A stretch of 64,000 bases of DNA, taken from positions 30,081-94,080 of the forward strand of contig JBAZBP010000001.1 of assembly GCA_041671365.1 (NCBI GenBank). Direction: 5' to 3'. Positions 55,554-64,000 of the stretch are shown here, one piece after another. The number at the start of each line of letters is the position of its first letter. Position 1 is the stretch's first letter. The stretch is from Patescibacteria group bacterium. Lineage in GTDB: Bacteria; Patescibacteriota; Patescibacteriia; Patescibacteriales; UBA12465. Below the pieces are notes generated by a model. The model had not been told where the DNA came from. It saw nothing but the letters and a program-made list of their open reading frames with translations, and ran no database searches. The position numbers and the translations under genes are program-made.

Positions 55554-58500
55554 ATGGCCGCCATGTTGCATAATCTATTGGAACAACTGAATAAGGCGCA
55601 ATCAGAAGCGGTAACTCATAATCAGGGGCCGCTTTTAATAGTGGCCGGCGCCGGCACCGGGAAGACGACGGTTTTAATTAATCGTTTAGCTTATTTAATC
55701 ACGGAAAAGAATATTAAGACGGACGAAATTCTACTTTTAACTTTTACGGAAAAAGCGGCCGAAGAAATGACTGAGCGGGCGGACAAGATTTTGCCCTATG
55801 GTTATGTCGATTTATGGATAAATACTTTTCATAGTTTTGGTGAGCGGATTTTAAGAGAATTTGGGCTGGACATCGGTTTAAGTTCCAGTTTTAAATTATT
55901 AACCCAGACCGATCAATGGGTTTTAATTAAAAAAAATTTAGAACGTTTCGATTTAACTTATTATCGGCCGTTAGGAAACCCCACAAAATTTATTTCTGAA
56001 TTAATCCGTCATTTTTCTCGTCTCAAGGATGAAAATATTTCCGCTGAAGAATATTTAAAGTATGCCGAAGAATTGGAGTCCAATCAGGATAATAGATTAG
56101 GGGCTAACGATGAAGAGAGTTTAGAAGTCGAGCGTATTAAGGAATTGGCTAACGCTTATCATTTTTATAATCAGTTATTGCTCCAAAATAATTTTTTGGA
56201 CTTCGGCGATTTAATTGTTTATACTTTAAAATTGTTACGTGAACGTCCGAATATTTTAAAATTTTATCGCGCCAAATTTAAGTATATTATGGTTGATGAA
56301 TTTCAGGATACGAATTGGGCGCAGTATGAATTAATTAAGATATTGGCCGCTCCTAAAAACAATTTAGTGGTCGTGGGCGACGATGATCAGGCAATTTATA
56401 AGTTTCGTGGCGCCTCTTTGTCCAATATCATGCAATTTAAGGATGATTACGAGGATGCTAAGGAAATTATTTTGACGGAAAATTACCGTTCAAAACAAGA
56501 AATTTTAGATCAGGCTTATAAATTAATTCAAAATAATAACCCCAATCGTTTGGAGGTGAAATTAAAGATTAATAAAAAATTAATTGCCCGCCGAGCGACC
56601 GTCGGAAAGTCTCTCCCGGGACCGGTAGTTAATTTTTTTAATTTTAGTTCGGCCGAAGACGAGCTTGGATATGTCGCTCAAAAAATTAAAGAATTATACG
56701 TAGCGGGAGAGGGAACGGTTGCTTGGTCGGATTTTGCTATTTTAGTGCGAGCCAATGATACGGCCGAGTCTTACGTTAAAGAGTTGAGCCGTCAAAACGT
56801 TCCTAATCAGTTTATGTCTTGGCGGGGATTATATTATAAACCCTTAATTTTAGATATTTTAGCTTATTTTAGGTTATTGGATAATTATCACGAGTCGTCC
56901 GCCTTGTTTCGGGTACTGAACATGGAAACTTTTAAAGTTTCTCATTCTGACCTAATCAACATTAATAAAATGGCGACGCGGAAGGTTTGGTCATTGTATG
57001 AAGCTCTGAAGAATATTAATGCCATTATTGGAGTAAGCTCGGAGAGCGTCGCTAATATTAATAAGCTTTTAAATTTGATAACTAAACATTCTTTATTGGC
57101 GGCCACGCATAAACCGACTAAGATATTTTTACATTTTGCTTATGACTCCGGTTTACTAAGCAGCTTAGATCGTGATCGGGATTTAGAATTATTTTCCTAC
57201 CTTAATCAATTTTATCAAAAAATTAAAAAATTGGAAGAAACTGAGCCGGATTTGCGACTTAAAGACTTCTTGACGGCGATTAATTTAGAATTAGAGGCCG
57301 GAGAAACCGGGGCTTTAAAGTTGGATTTTACTGATAGCGAAACCGTAAAGATTATGACGGTACACGGTGCTAAGGGTTTAGAGTTTAAATATGTATTTAT
57401 TGTTAATTTGGTGGATAAAAAATTTCCGACTATTTCTCGCAGTGAAAAGATTTCTTTGCCGGACGCTCTAGTGCGCGAACAGGCGGCGATTAGTTCCGAT
57501 ATCCACTTAGAAGAGGAGCGGCGATTATTTTATGTAGCGGCGACGCGTGCCAAAGACAAGCTATATTTAAGCGGAGCCAAAGATTATGGCGGCGCTCGTG
57601 AAAAAAAACCGTCGCGTTTTATCGCGGAGATGGACTTAGCGAGTGCAGAGATCCCGGAAATTAGTTTAAGCGTTAAAAATAATTTTTTACGCGATCTTCA
57701 TTATTTAAACGCCCGCGAAACGACGTTTAGTATTAAACCGGCGGCCGCAGACAGTTATTCTTTGCCGGCTAAATTTTCTTTTTCGCAGTTAGCCGCTTAT
57801 TCCACTTGCCCGTTGCAATATAAGTTTGCTTTTATTTTAAAGATTCCGGTTTCGACCGATAAAGCTTCGTTAATTTTTGGCCGGGTTATTCATAATACTT
57901 TATATAATTTTTTATTGCCGATTTTAAATGACCGGCAAAAGACCCAAGGAGATTTATTCGCCGGCTCCGAACGAGAGCGGAAAAATAATAGCGAGGAGAA
58001 TATAAAAAAATTATTAAGCGAGAAAAGATTGTTGGCGCTCTACGCGGAGTTTTGGCAGGCTGACGGTTATAAGGATAAAAATGAACGGGAGAAATATAAG
58101 ATTAAAGGAAGAGAAGCTTTAAAAAAATTTTTTATCAGCCAAACTGCTCGTCTTTCTTCGTCTATTTTATTTTTGGAAAAGAAATTTTCTTTTAAAGTTG
58201 GTGATGACATAATCAAGGGGACGATTGACCGAGTCGACCAGCTTAGCGACGGTACTTTAGAAATTATTGATTATAAAACCGGTGGCGGTAAGACTAAATT
58301 AGAATTTAAAGATAAGCGTCAGTTAATTCTTTATCAGTTATTTTTAGAAGAATTTTTACGGGTTAAAGTAAGCGCCTTAAGCTATTATTATTTAGAAAGC
58401 GGAGAAAAAATTTCATTTACTGCCAGCGCGAAAGATCTTGGTAAATTACAATTGGAAGTGATTCAAGGGATTGCCGCGATCAAGAAGCGTAACTTTATTC

Positions 58501-58565
58501 CGACGCCCTCGCCAATGTGCGGATTTTGCGATTTTCGAGATATTTGTGAATTTCGTCAGGTTTGA
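55554..58565 (+). CDS. UvrD/PcrA-type helicase fused to a C-terminal PD-(D/E)XK (Cas4/AddB-like) nuclease with cysteine cluster
   Basis: AGAGTGKT Walker A, DEFQDT, helicase motifs through VAATRAK. The C-terminal part has IDRVD...IIDYKTG and CPLQY...[10 protein letters not shown]. Confidence 0.8.
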   Translation: MAAMLHNLLEQLNKAQSEAVTHNQGPLLIVAGAGTGKTTVLINRLAYLITEKNIKTDEILLLTFTEKAAEEMTERADKILPYGYVDLWINTFHSFGERILREFGLDIGLSSSFKLLTQTDQWVLIKKNLERFDLTYYRPLGNPTKFISELIRHFSRLKDENISAEEYLKYAEELESNQDNRLGANDEESLEVERIKELANAYHFYNQLLLQNNFLDFGDLIVYTLKLLRERPNILKFYRAKFKYIMVDEFQDTNWAQYELIKILAAPKNNLVVVGDDDQAIYKFRGASLSNIMQFKDDYEDAKEIILTENYRSKQEILDQAYKLIQNNNPNRLEVKLKINKKLIARRATVGKSLPGPVVNFFNFSSAEDELGYVAQKIKELYVAGEGTVAWSDFAILVRANDTAESYVKELSRQNVPNQFMSWRGLYYKPLILDILAYFRLLDNYHESSALFRVLNMETFKVSHSDLININKMATRKVWSLYEALKNINAIIGVSSESVANINKLLNLITKHSLLAATHKPTKIFLHFAYDSGLLSSLDRDRDLELFSYLNQFYQKIKKLEETEPDLRLKDFLTAINLELEAGETGALKLDFTDSETVKIMTVHGAKGLEFKYVFIVNLVDKKFPTISRSEKISLPDALVREQAAISSDIHLEEERRLFYVAATRAKDKLYLSGAKDYGGAREKKPSRFIAEMDLASAEIPEISLSVKNNFLRDLHYLNARETTFSIKPAAADSYSLPAKFSFSQLAAYSTCPLQYKFAFILKIPVSTDKASLIFGRVIHNTLYNFLLPILNDRQKTQGDLFAGSERERKNNSEENIKKLLSEKRLLALYAEFWQADGYKDKNEREKYKIKGREALKKFFISQTARLSSSILFLEKKFSFKVGDDIIKGTIDRVDQLSDGTLEIIDYKTGGGKTKLEFKDKRQLILYQLFLEEFLRVKVSALSYYYLESGEKISFTASAKDLGKLQLEVIQGIAAIKKRNFIPTPSPMCGFCDFRDICEFRQV

Positions 58566-58578
58566 GTACAATTATTAT

Positions 58579-59601
58579 ATGTCTGATATCAAAGATCGAT
58601 TAATTAGTCCGATAGAACGCCAAGGCGATGAAGCGCTGGATTTATCGTTGCGCCCCAAAATTTTAAGTGAATATATCGGGCAAGAAAAAGTTAAACAAAA
58701 TTTAGCCATAACAATTGCGGCGGCCAAAAAGCGCAGTGAACCGATTGAGCACGTCTTGTTATATGGAGCTCCCGGTTTAGGCAAAACGACTTTAGCGCAT
58801 GTGATTGCTAATGAAATCGGGGCGAATATTAGAATTACTTCCGGTCCGGCCATTGAAAAAAGTGGCGATTTAGCCGCTATTTTAACTAATTTGGAGGCGG
58901 GCGATATTTTATTTATTGATGAAATTCACCGACTAAATAAAACCGTGGAAGAGATTTTATATCCGGCGATGGAAGACTATGCTTTGGATATTATTATGGG
59001 CAAGGGTCCGAGTGCTCGAACCTTACGTCTGGATTTGCCGAAATTCACGATTATCGGAGCAACTACTTTAGCGAGTTTATTGTCCGCACCGTTACGTGAC
59101 CGTTTTGGCATCACTCATCATTTAAATTTTTATGAAACTGGCGATATTGAGCGTATTATTAAACGAAGTGCTAGTATTTTAGGAATTAAAGTTGATATTG
59201 AGGCCGAACGGGAAATTGCCAAGCGCAGCCGCCGAACACCGCGTATCGCTAACCGTCTCTTAAAACGGGTTCGCGATTACTGCGAAGTAAAGGGAGACGG
59301 CCAAGTATCGCTAAAAGACAGCCTAAATGCTTTTGATTTATTGGAAGTTGATGAATTGGGTTTAGATTTAATCGACCGACGAATTTTAGAAACTATAATC
59401 CATAAATTCAAGGGCGGACCGGTAGGACTTAATACTTTAGCGGCGGCCACTGGCGAGGAAATGGAAACGATTGAGAATATTTATGAACCATACTTAATGC
59501 AGTTAGGGTTTTTGGATCGTTCGCCGCGCGGCCGCGTTGTGACTGCTCGCGGCTATCAACATTTAGGACTAAAAGAACCTGGAACAGGCAGTTTAATTTA
59601 A
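58579..59601 (+). CDS. ruvB: Holliday junction branch migration helicase RuvB
   Basis: Start at MSDIKDRL (ATG 58579). [24 protein letters not shown]-type P-loop (GAPGLGKTT) and FIDEIHRL. Confidence 0.9.
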   Translation: MSDIKDRLISPIERQGDEALDLSLRPKILSEYIGQEKVKQNLAITIAAAKKRSEPIEHVLLYGAPGLGKTTLAHVIANEIGANIRITSGPAIEKSGDLAAILTNLEAGDILFIDEIHRLNKTVEEILYPAMEDYALDIIMGKGPSARTLRLDLPKFTIIGATTLASLLSAPLRDRFGITHHLNFYETGDIERIIKRSASILGIKVDIEAEREIAKRSRRTPRIANRLLKRVRDYCEVKGDGQVSLKDSLNAFDLLEVDELGLDLIDRRILETIIHKFKGGPVGLNTLAAATGEEMETIENIYEPYLMQLGFLDRSPRGRVVTARGYQHLGLKEPGTGSLI

Positions 59602-59607
59602 CGGTTT

Positions 59608-60699
59608 ATGACTTATAAGGTTGAAGATTTTAATTATTATTTGCCGCCGGAACTTATCGCTCAAAAGCCAATCAGACCGCGAGACCACTCGCGGCTTTTG
59701 TTGTTAGATAGAACAAAAGAAGAAATATTTCATCGGTATTTTTATAATATTGTTGATTATTTGCGGCCAGGAGATTTGCTTGTCCTGAATAATTCTAAAG
59801 TTTTTCCGGCTCGTTTATTAGGTAAAAAAGCAGAAACCGGCGGAAGCGTAGAAATATTTTTACATAAAAAAATTATTAGTGGAGAAAAACAAAACAATGG
59901 GCAGATGGAAAAAAATAATATTTGGGAGTGTTTAGTCGGCGGACGAGTTAAAATCGGATTAGTAATAAATTTTTCTCAAAAACTGCAAGCCCTAATTTTG
60001 AAAAATAATTCTGATGGCACTTGGCTTATTAAATTTAATTTGAGTGGTGAAAATTTTTGGCAGCTCGTTAATAAGATTGGTGAAGTTCCTTTGCCGCCCT
60101 ATATTAAGAGATTAAAAAAAGAGGTTAGCGATAAAAATAATTATCAAACCGTGTTTGCTGATAATTATAAAATTGGTTCAGTGGCCGCGCCGACGGCCGG
60201 CTTGCATTTTACTAAAGCACTACTGAAGAAAATTAAAGCCAGAGGCGTAAAAATAGAATATATTACTTTGCATGTCGGTTTAGGCACTTTCGCGCCGATG
60301 AAAACAGAAAACATTACTGATCATCGGATGCATAGCGAATTCGCGGAAGTGAGCGCTAGGACCAGTCAAGCGGTTTTAGCGACTAAAAAAAAGGGCGGAC
60401 GAGTAATCGCCGTTGGCACCACCACCTGTCGAACCCTGGAATCAATTAATTGGCCGGAAATTAATAGAGGAAGAAATAAATCTATTCAGCCGAGTTTTTG
60501 GACCGGCATTTTTATTTATCCGGGTTATCATTTTAAAATAATTGATGCGTTAATTACTAATTTTCATTTACCGAAATCCACTCTATTATTGTTGGTTAGC
60601 GCTCTGGCCGGTAAAAATAAGATTGATCGAGCCTATCAGGAGGCAATAGATAAAAAATACCGTTTTTTTAGTTATGGAGATGCAATGTTTATTTATTAA
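59608..60699 (+). CDS. queA: S-adenosylmethionine:tRNA ribosyltransferase-isomerase
   Basis: FNYYLPPELIAQKP start, PLPPYI, GLHFT and FFSYGDAMFI motifs. Confidence 0.9.
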   Translation: MTYKVEDFNYYLPPELIAQKPIRPRDHSRLLLLDRTKEEIFHRYFYNIVDYLRPGDLLVLNNSKVFPARLLGKKAETGGSVEIFLHKKIISGEKQNNGQMEKNNIWECLVGGRVKIGLVINFSQKLQALILKNNSDGTWLIKFNLSGENFWQLVNKIGEVPLPPYIKRLKKEVSDKNNYQTVFADNYKIGSVAAPTAGLHFTKALLKKIKARGVKIEYITLHVGLGTFAPMKTENITDHRMHSEFAEVSARTSQAVLATKKKGGRVIAVGTTTCRTLESINWPEINRGRNKSIQPSFWTGIFIYPGYHFKIIDALITNFHLPKSTLLLLVSALAGKNKIDRAYQEAIDKKYRFFSYGDAMFIY

Positions 60700-60770
60700 A
60701 TATTAGTTTAATTAGACTATTTGATTAATTTACTTTTTTCTGGTATAGTAAGAGTTAATTATTATTTTTT

Positions 60771-61340
60771 ATGAAGAAATTTTTTTTGTTTGTTTTAGAA
60801 ATTACTAAGGTTGTCGCTATTTCTTTGGCGATTATTTTGCCGGTTCGTTATTATTTAATTCAACCTTTTTACGTGAAGGGGGCATCGATGGAACCAAATT
60901 TTCAGGATAGCCAGTATTTAATCGTGGATGAAATAAGTTATCGTCTCGCTTCGCCCGAGCGCGGGCAAGTCATAGTCTTCCGTTATCCGCTCGATCCGCA
61001 AGAATATTTTATTAAGAGAGTAATCGGTTTGCCCGGTGAACAAATTAAATTTAAAAATGGACGCGTTATCATTTTTAATAAGGATTATCCCAACGGCTTT
61101 ACTTTAGAAGAGACGTATTTACCGGTAAATTTAACCACTTTTAATCAGAACGAAGAGAAGATTGATATTGGTCCCAATGAATATTTTGTTCTAGGCGATA
61201 ATCGTAATTCTTCTAAAGATTCGCGTAGTTTTGGTCCGGTTAATTCTAGTTTTATTGTCGGTAAGATTTTGTTCCGTGGCTGGCCGGTTTCTAAAATTAA
61301 ATTTTTTGATTCCTCTTCTTGGCCTAAATATAATAATTAA
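60771..61340 (+). CDS. lepB: Signal peptidase I
   Basis: N-terminal anchor, catalytic GASMEPNF (Ser), KRVIGLPGE (Lys) and GDNRNSSKDSR. Confidence 0.85.
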   Translation: MKKFFLFVLEITKVVAISLAIILPVRYYLIQPFYVKGASMEPNFQDSQYLIVDEISYRLASPERGQVIVFRYPLDPQEYFIKRVIGLPGEQIKFKNGRVIIFNKDYPNGFTLEETYLPVNLTTFNQNEEKIDIGPNEYFVLGDNRNSSKDSRSFGPVNSSFIVGKILFRGWPVSKIKFFDSSSWPKYNN

Positions 61341-61345
61341 TTGTT

Positions 61346-62728
61346 ATGCCCAGACGAAAAAAAAATATAGCTGAGCCTTTAAAGATTTCAGAAAAAATAA
61401 ACGAAAAAATTCCGCCACGCCTTTTGGGGATGAAGGATTCAGTGGGGATAGATTGTAAATATTATGATTATGTAGTGGCTAAAGCCTGGGAGTTCGCAAA
61501 AATCTATAATTTTTCCCCGATTAAAACTCCAATTTTAGAAAGCTATGATTTGTATAAGAAATCTACTCGTAAAAGTACCGGAAAGGAATTTTATTTTGTG
61601 GAAGGAGAAAAAAATGAGAAAATTACTTTGCGTCCCGAAATCACGCAAGGCGTGGTTCGCGCTTATTTGGAAAATAATTTAGTCGAAAACGGTTTGCCGG
61701 CTCGATTATTTTCGTTAGGTCCGATTTTTCGTCATGATAAACTGCAGACTGGACATTATCGAGAGTCGACCCAAGTTAACTTTGAAATTATCGGTGAAAA
61801 TAAGCCGCTCGCCGAAGCCCTGCTTATTGCCGTGGCGCATAATTTTTTTTCGGAACTGAAAATTAAAATTCAGGTACAAATTAACAGTATTGGTACGGCG
61901 GAATGTCGGCGTGAATATTGCGGTAAGCTATTAAATTTTTATAAAGAGAGAGGTCGGCGCTCGAAATTATGTCATTATTGTAAAAATAATTTGGGTAAGA
62001 ATTGTTTGAGTTTATTGGATTGCAAAGAAGAAGCTTGTCTTAAATTATACGAAGAAGCGCCGCAAATCGCCGACTATTTATCACCGGAAAGTCGGGAACA
62101 CTTCACCAAAACTCTGGAATTTTTGGATGAGCTCCATATTGATTATAATTTTAATCCTTATTTGGTGCGAGGTTTAAATTATTATAATGATATAGTTTTT
62201 GAATTTTGGCCGGTTAACGATGACGGCGTTCCTCTGGGTCGCCTATCTCTGGGAGGCGGCGGACGTTATGATTCGTTAGTGGAGAGTATGGGTGGTCCGG
62301 CCACTCCAGCCTTTGGCTTGGCTATTGGATTAGAGAGAACAATAGCCCGTGTCAAGGATAAAACGGGCTTGATAAATAAACCGGAAGAGGATATAGTATT
62401 TATTGCTCAATTAGGCGATCAAGCCAAAATTAAATCATTACAGTTATTCTCTGATCTGCGACAAGCCGGTTTTAAGGTGTGTCAATCTTTTGCTTCTGAT
62501 AGTTTAAAGATTCAATTAGAAGAAGCAGTGGCCATGCAGGCTAAAACTAGCCTAATTTTAGGAAAAAAGGAAATTATGGACGGTACGATTCTAATGCGTG
62601 ATATGGATTCTGGTGCGCAAGAAACGGTCGTTTATAAGAAAATTAAAGAACGTTTAGCTAAAAAAGATAAATTAATTGAAAAAAAAGTTAATAATAGAAA
62701 GGAAGGTGGATTATATGGCGGATTTTAA
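61346..62728 (+). CDS. hisS: Histidyl-tRNA synthetase
   Basis: Class II motifs (LRPEITQGVVRAY, FRHDKLQTGHYRE, GGGGRYD) and a C-terminal anticodon-binding domain. Confidence 0.9.
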   Translation: MPRRKKNIAEPLKISEKINEKIPPRLLGMKDSVGIDCKYYDYVVAKAWEFAKIYNFSPIKTPILESYDLYKKSTRKSTGKEFYFVEGEKNEKITLRPEITQGVVRAYLENNLVENGLPARLFSLGPIFRHDKLQTGHYRESTQVNFEIIGENKPLAEALLIAVAHNFFSELKIKIQVQINSIGTAECRREYCGKLLNFYKERGRRSKLCHYCKNNLGKNCLSLLDCKEEACLKLYEEAPQIADYLSPESREHFTKTLEFLDELHIDYNFNPYLVRGLNYYNDIVFEFWPVNDDGVPLGRLSLGGGGRYDSLVESMGGPATPAFGLAIGLERTIARVKDKTGLINKPEEDIVFIAQLGDQAKIKSLQLFSDLRQAGFKVCQSFASDSLKIQLEEAVAMQAKTSLILGKKEIMDGTILMRDMDSGAQETVVYKKIKERLAKKDKLIEKKVNNRKEGGLYGGF

Positions 62729-62948
62729 AAGAAAACCAGGTGAAAGTTTTGAAAGTTTTTTACGTAAATTTAAGAAAGGCTTAAAAAACAGTAAGCGCTT
62801 AGAAAAAGCGCGCTCCAAACAACACCTAGAACAGAAAAATACTAAACAGCTCCAGAAGAAGCACGCGTTAATCGGGCTAGATTTACGTAAGAAAAATGAA
62901 TATTTACGTAAAACCGGTAAATTGCCAGAGAGCACTATGCGTTCGTAG
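62715..62948 (+). CDS. rpsU: 30S ribosomal protein S21 (probable)
   Basis: From MADFKRKPGESFESFLRKFKKG (ATG 62715, preceded by GGAAGGTGG). A small, very basic protein. Overlaps the hisS end by 14 nt. Confidence 0.6.
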   Translation: MADFKRKPGESFESFLRKFKKGLKNSKRLEKARSKQHLEQKNTKQLQKKHALIGLDLRKKNEYLRKTGKLPESTMRS

Positions 62949-63018
62949 GGTTTGATTAAATATTTGGGAGACAATTGAAAGATAAGCAAAAAATCATTCG
63001 CCCAGGGCGGATGATTTT

Positions 63019-64000
63019 TTATTTTTTTATACCGGGTATGAATCTTTTTATATTTTCTAGTGTTGATTTTTTGGCGAATTGTTTAATTCGGTCACGGGCT
63101 CTTTTGGTTTTAACAAATTTTAACCAATCGCGATTCGGGTAAGGACGTTTTTTTTCTATTAAAATATCGACGAAATCGCCATTTTTTAATTCTTGATCAA
63201 GTCTCCCGACTTTATCATTAACAATAACTCCCGCGGCTTTATTGCCGATATTAGTATGAACAGCGTAAGCAAAATCTATTGGCGTGGCCTGTCCGGGTAA
63301 TTCAAAAACATCACCGCGAGGAGAAAAAACGAAGATGCGATCACTAAAAATATTTAACTTTATTTTCTTGACTAATTCGCTGGTCGTAGTGATTTCTTTT
63401 TGAATATCAATAATTTCTTCGACCCAGGCGGGGGTTTTGTATGTTTCTGTGCCGCGCTGAATCTTATAATACCAGTGAGCGGCTAATCCATAAATGCTTT
63501 CTTCGTGCATTTCCCAGGTTCGAATTTGAAATTCCGTAGTTTTTCCCTCCGGACCAAAAATTGTGGTATGGAGCGAACGATAGCCGTTAGGTTTGGGAAC
63601 GGCAATATAATCTTTAAAGCGATTAGGTTTGGGCTTCCAGAGATTATGAACAACCCCTAAGCTTTTATAGCAGTCATCAATTGTCGAAACAATAAGACGG
63701 AGAGCGAAAACATCATAGATTTCGTCAAAACGGCGGTCTTTTTTCTGCATTTTTAGATAGATGCTGTATAAGTGTTTGAAACGCACCTCAATTGTACATT
63801 TAATATTCGCTTCTGCTAATTTAGGTTCTAAAATATTTTTAACTTTTTGAAAAAAACGATTGCGTTCTACTTTTTTTTCAACTTCATATTTATATTCTAA
63901 TTCATGATATTCATCGGGATAAAGAAATTTAAAGCAAATATCTTCCATCTGCCACTTTAGACGACTGATACCCAGCAGGCCGGCAATGGGCGCATAAATT
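63019..64000 (-). CDS. RelA/SpoT-family (p)ppGpp synthetase/hydrolase, C-terminal part; the gene continues right of the window
   Basis: The frame stays open upstream of the track ORF to position 64000 (...APIAGLLGISRLKWQMEDICFKFLYPDEY). It covers the synthetase-domain motifs (YRSLHTTI) and a TGS domain (PRGDVFELPGQATPIDFAY). Confidence 0.8.
   Translation of the reverse strand, partial: IYAPIAGLLGISRLKWQMEDICFKFLYPDEYHELEYKYEVEKKVERNRFFQKVKNILEPKLAEANIKCTIEVRFKHLYSIYLKMQKKDRRFDEIYDVFALRLIVSTIDDCYKSLGVVHNLWKPKPNRFKDYIAVPKPNGYRSLHTTIFGPEGKTTEFQIRTWEMHEESIYGLAAHWYYKIQRGTETYKTPAWVEEIIDIQKEITTTSELVKKIKLNIFSDRIFVFSPRGDVFELPGQATPIDFAYAVHTNIGNKAAGVIVNDKVGRLDQELKNGDFVDILIEKKRPYPNRDWLKFVKTKRARDRIKQFAKKSTLENIKRFIPGIKK

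Noticed and set aside
1-64000. CRISPR arrays, rRNA genes, tmRNA, RNase P RNA, SRP RNA, and transposase or integrase genes.
   Set aside because: I looked for regularly spaced direct repeats and for characteristic conserved RNA motifs or recombinase ORFs. None were found in this window.

Overview
AT-rich, gene-dense bacterial chromosome segment that reads cleanly with the standard code (TGA acts as a stop, e.g. ATGA stop/start overlaps at 10727-10730 and 18879-18882). It holds about 70 protein genes, mostly housekeeping: smc, rplS, tsaE, lspA, efp, rpsF-ssb-rpsR, ychF, tsaD, uvrA, tyrS, argS, glyQS, ndk, gyrA, mscL, rmuC, radC, ruvB, queA, lepB, hisS, rpsU and a partial relA/spoT. There are 7 tRNA genes: Leu-GAG, Val-TAC, Asp-GTC, Arg-CCG, Ser-CGA, Cys-GCA and Glu-TTC. 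Gene content and architecture suggest a reduced-genome Patescibacteria/CPR-like organism; this is inference only. The stretch from about 10.3 to 18.5 kb, bracketed by tRNA-Arg and tRNA-Ser, looks accessory. It carries a frameshifted SET-domain gene, a CrtC/AttH-like protein, a serine hydrolase, a HIT-like gene remnant, a radical SAM plus methyltransferase pair, a peptidase-E-like gene and two secreted proteins. The most unusual signal is a five-member family of GC-rich modules of roughly 125-185 nt (9982-10133, 15371-15555, 16424-16564, 26086-26210, 27691-27834). Each sits just past a bidirectional hairpin terminator in the 3' trailer of a tRNA gene or a tRNA 3'-end remnant. Four of the five begin with an inverted copy of the T-loop/T-stem of that specific tRNA. 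The copies carry hairpins whose stems differ in sequence but stay perfectly paired. Two copies are followed by a direct repeat of the tRNA 3' end (60 bp perfect at tRNA-Asp, 17 bp at tRNA-Glu). I could not match this family to any element class I know. Other points worth a second look: an SMC with no recognisable hinge and an internal 90-aa coiled-coil duplication, a tandem double PilB/GspE ATPase in one polypeptide, a 520-bp AT-rich gap with two consensus DnaA boxes at a gene-orientation switch, and an unannotated 40-aa lysine-rich protein gene.
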